From a virus (lineage: Duplodnaviria > Caudoviricetes), in IMG/VR virus record IMGVR_UViG_3300017909_002576, positions 1-56,138 of that record: a DNA stretch of 56,138 nucleotides; one strand, 5' to 3'. Positions 54,742-56,138 of the stretch are shown here, in pieces (within the stretch, counting starts at the first letter, position 1; each line of letters starts with the position of its first letter). The position numbers were made by a program, and so were the translations under genes. The notes under the pieces were generated by a model. The model saw only the letters and a program-made list of their open reading frames with translations, ran no database searches and had not been told where the DNA came from.

Positions 54742-56137
54742 TACCTGCTTCACCTCCTAAGCCATCAGTCTCGGTATCCCAACCTATGCTACTACCTGCT
54801 TGATTAATTTTTTCATCATCTGCATACTTTTTATCATCATAGTCATCTTGGCTTTCGCCTGTATTACGATTACGCATTTTCATTTCTACAACTTTAACTT
54901 CGCCATCTTCTGTAACAACTCTCTTTGCATATAATCCGCCAGTAACTCCTGCTGTTTTTGGTGCTTGTATATCTTCCTCATCTACGTTAAAGTCTTGTAA
55001 CTTAATACTATCATAAAATTCTACCATGTTGGGAAATGTTTCTCTAAAATCAAAACCACGTCTTGCATCGTACTGCTCATAAAATAGTTTAAAGTCATGC
55101 TCTAATAGTTCTCTGTCAGCAGTATTTCTGTGAGGAGTTTTTACAACGTCCAAGTATTCAATTAGTCTGCTTACTTGATCTTGCTCCCAAGGTTGCACTA
55201 ACAGTTGCCCGTCTTTGTCCTTTTCTTCTTTTTCTCTTACTTCTTTTAACCATGCAAAAACTTCGTCATGATATTTTTTACGCAAGTTATCAGGTAATGT
55301 TAAGGGTGACTGGAAACTTGGAAAACGTAAAATGTTACAGGTAAATCCAGGACGATTATGACCGTATTTACGTTTCATCTCAAGCATCCAGTCAAAAAAT
55401 TCGACAATACTATCTAAGCATAATGCATTAATAGTCATCATCATGTGTAAGCCTTCTATTCTTGCTTCACTACAAACTTTTTCAAATGCTTTAGTCCACT
55501 GCTCCCATTTTAGTCCGTCTCTAATATATTCTGCTTGTGGACCAAATGCTTCGCAACTTGTGTATAAATGGAATCTATTGATGTTTTGTGTGCCAGCAAT
55601 CATTTTATCTAACAAGTCTGGCTTTGCCATAAGATTACTATTAATTGCAAATCTCATGTTGTCTTTATTAGGCTCGTCTGTTGTTTCGAACCAATCAAAT
55701 AATTGATAAATGTCAGGAGTCATAAGTGGTTCTCCGCCTGTGACTCTAATTTCTTCTAATTCTGTACTTAATTCAGGCCACCATCTCCAGAATGCATCTA
55801 CATACGGATTGAATTCTCCCTGATCAAAGGGTTCGGCGTAGGGGGCATCATCAATAAAATGTCCTCTTGCATCTGATTTTATGCCTTGATAGCCTCCGTT
55901 AGTACGAATGTCTTTTACCCATGTAGAGGAGAATGCTGGGTTGCAGTAACTACATGCTAATTGACAAGTTCTATTAAAGGCTATTTCTAATGTTTTTAAG
56001 TTTACATCAAACTGTGGATCTAAGGTTGCCGCAGTATGTAAGTCATCATCTTCATATATAACTGTTTTATATACTCTATCACTTACAGGCTCATTACCGT
56101 CTGCGTCTTTGCCCATGTCTTCTATTTTCCAACAGTA
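54734..56137 (-). CDS. Radical SAM protein with Twitch/SPASM-like domain (7), 5'-truncated by the window
   Basis: The frame is open to the window end (YCWKIEDMGKD); CQLACSYC, TGGEP. Confidence 0.88.
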   Translation of the reverse strand, partial: YCWKIEDMGKDADGNEPVSDRVYKTVIYEDDDLHTAATLDPQFDVNLKTLEIAFNRTCQLACSYCNPAFSSTWVKDIRTNGGYQGIKSDARGHFIDDAPYAEPFDQGEFNPYVDAFWRWWPELSTELEEIRVTGGEPLMTPDIYQLFDWFETTDEPNKDNMRFAINSNLMAKPDLLDKMIAGTQNINRFHLYTSCEAFGPQAEYIRDGLKWEQWTKAFEKVCSEARIEGLHMMMTINALCLDSIVEFFDWMLEMKRKYGHNRPGFTCNILRFPSFQSPLTLPDNLRKKYHDEVFAWLKEVREKEEKDKDGQLLVQPWEQDQVSRLIEYLDVVKTPHRNTADRELLEHDFKLFYEQYDARRGFDFRETFPNMVEFYDSIKLQDFNVDEEDIQAPKTAGVTGGLYAKRVVTEDGEVKVVEMKMRNRNTGESQDDYDDKKYADDEKINQAGSSIGWDTETDGLGGEAGND

Positions 56138-56138
56138 C

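Noticed and set aside
1-56138. Stop-codon reassignment as seen in some jumbo phages
   Set aside because: Conserved genes are full length in code 11, and TAG and TGA both serve as genuine stops.

Overview
An AT-rich segment of a large (jumbo-type) dsDNA myovirus genome, probably marine, with a gene set resembling GAP32/Rak2-type phages. The standard genetic code is used, and I saw no tRNA, CRISPR array or mobile element. The layout is as follows. (1) 1-4.9 kb: two Ser/Thr/Gly-rich structural or fibre genes. (2) 5.2-5.5 kb: a tandem glutamine (glnA-motif) riboswitch ahead of an unannotated 54-aa DUF4278-like gene, next to a 7Fe ferredoxin. (3) 10-23 kb: family B DNA polymerase, a probable sliding clamp, a TGT/DpdA-fold transglycosylase, MazG, QueD-like, GT-B glycosyltransferase, GalE, purine PRTase, FolE and QueE, with no QueC/QueF in the window. 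The transglycosylase ends in the same -FFEF tail as the polymerase, which suggests a clamp-docked, replication-coupled and possibly glycosylated 7-deazaguanine DNA modification. (4) 24-35 kb: RNase H/FEN, cytochrome c, glutaredoxin, 2OG oxygenase, AAA + peptidase/vWA pair, FG-GAP lipoprotein, and a candidate anti-RBS small RNA. (5) 35.8-56.1 kb: a 20-kb minus-strand cluster with at least 7 paralogous N-terminal-Twitch radical SAM enzymes, a UDP-sugar dehydrogenase, carbamoyltransferase, SGNH, sulfotransferase-, methyltransferase- and NeuB-like genes, and a protein with about 11 tandem GT-like modules. This is probably an uncharacterised glycan building and tailoring pathway. All family calls come from motif recognition by eye, not database searches.
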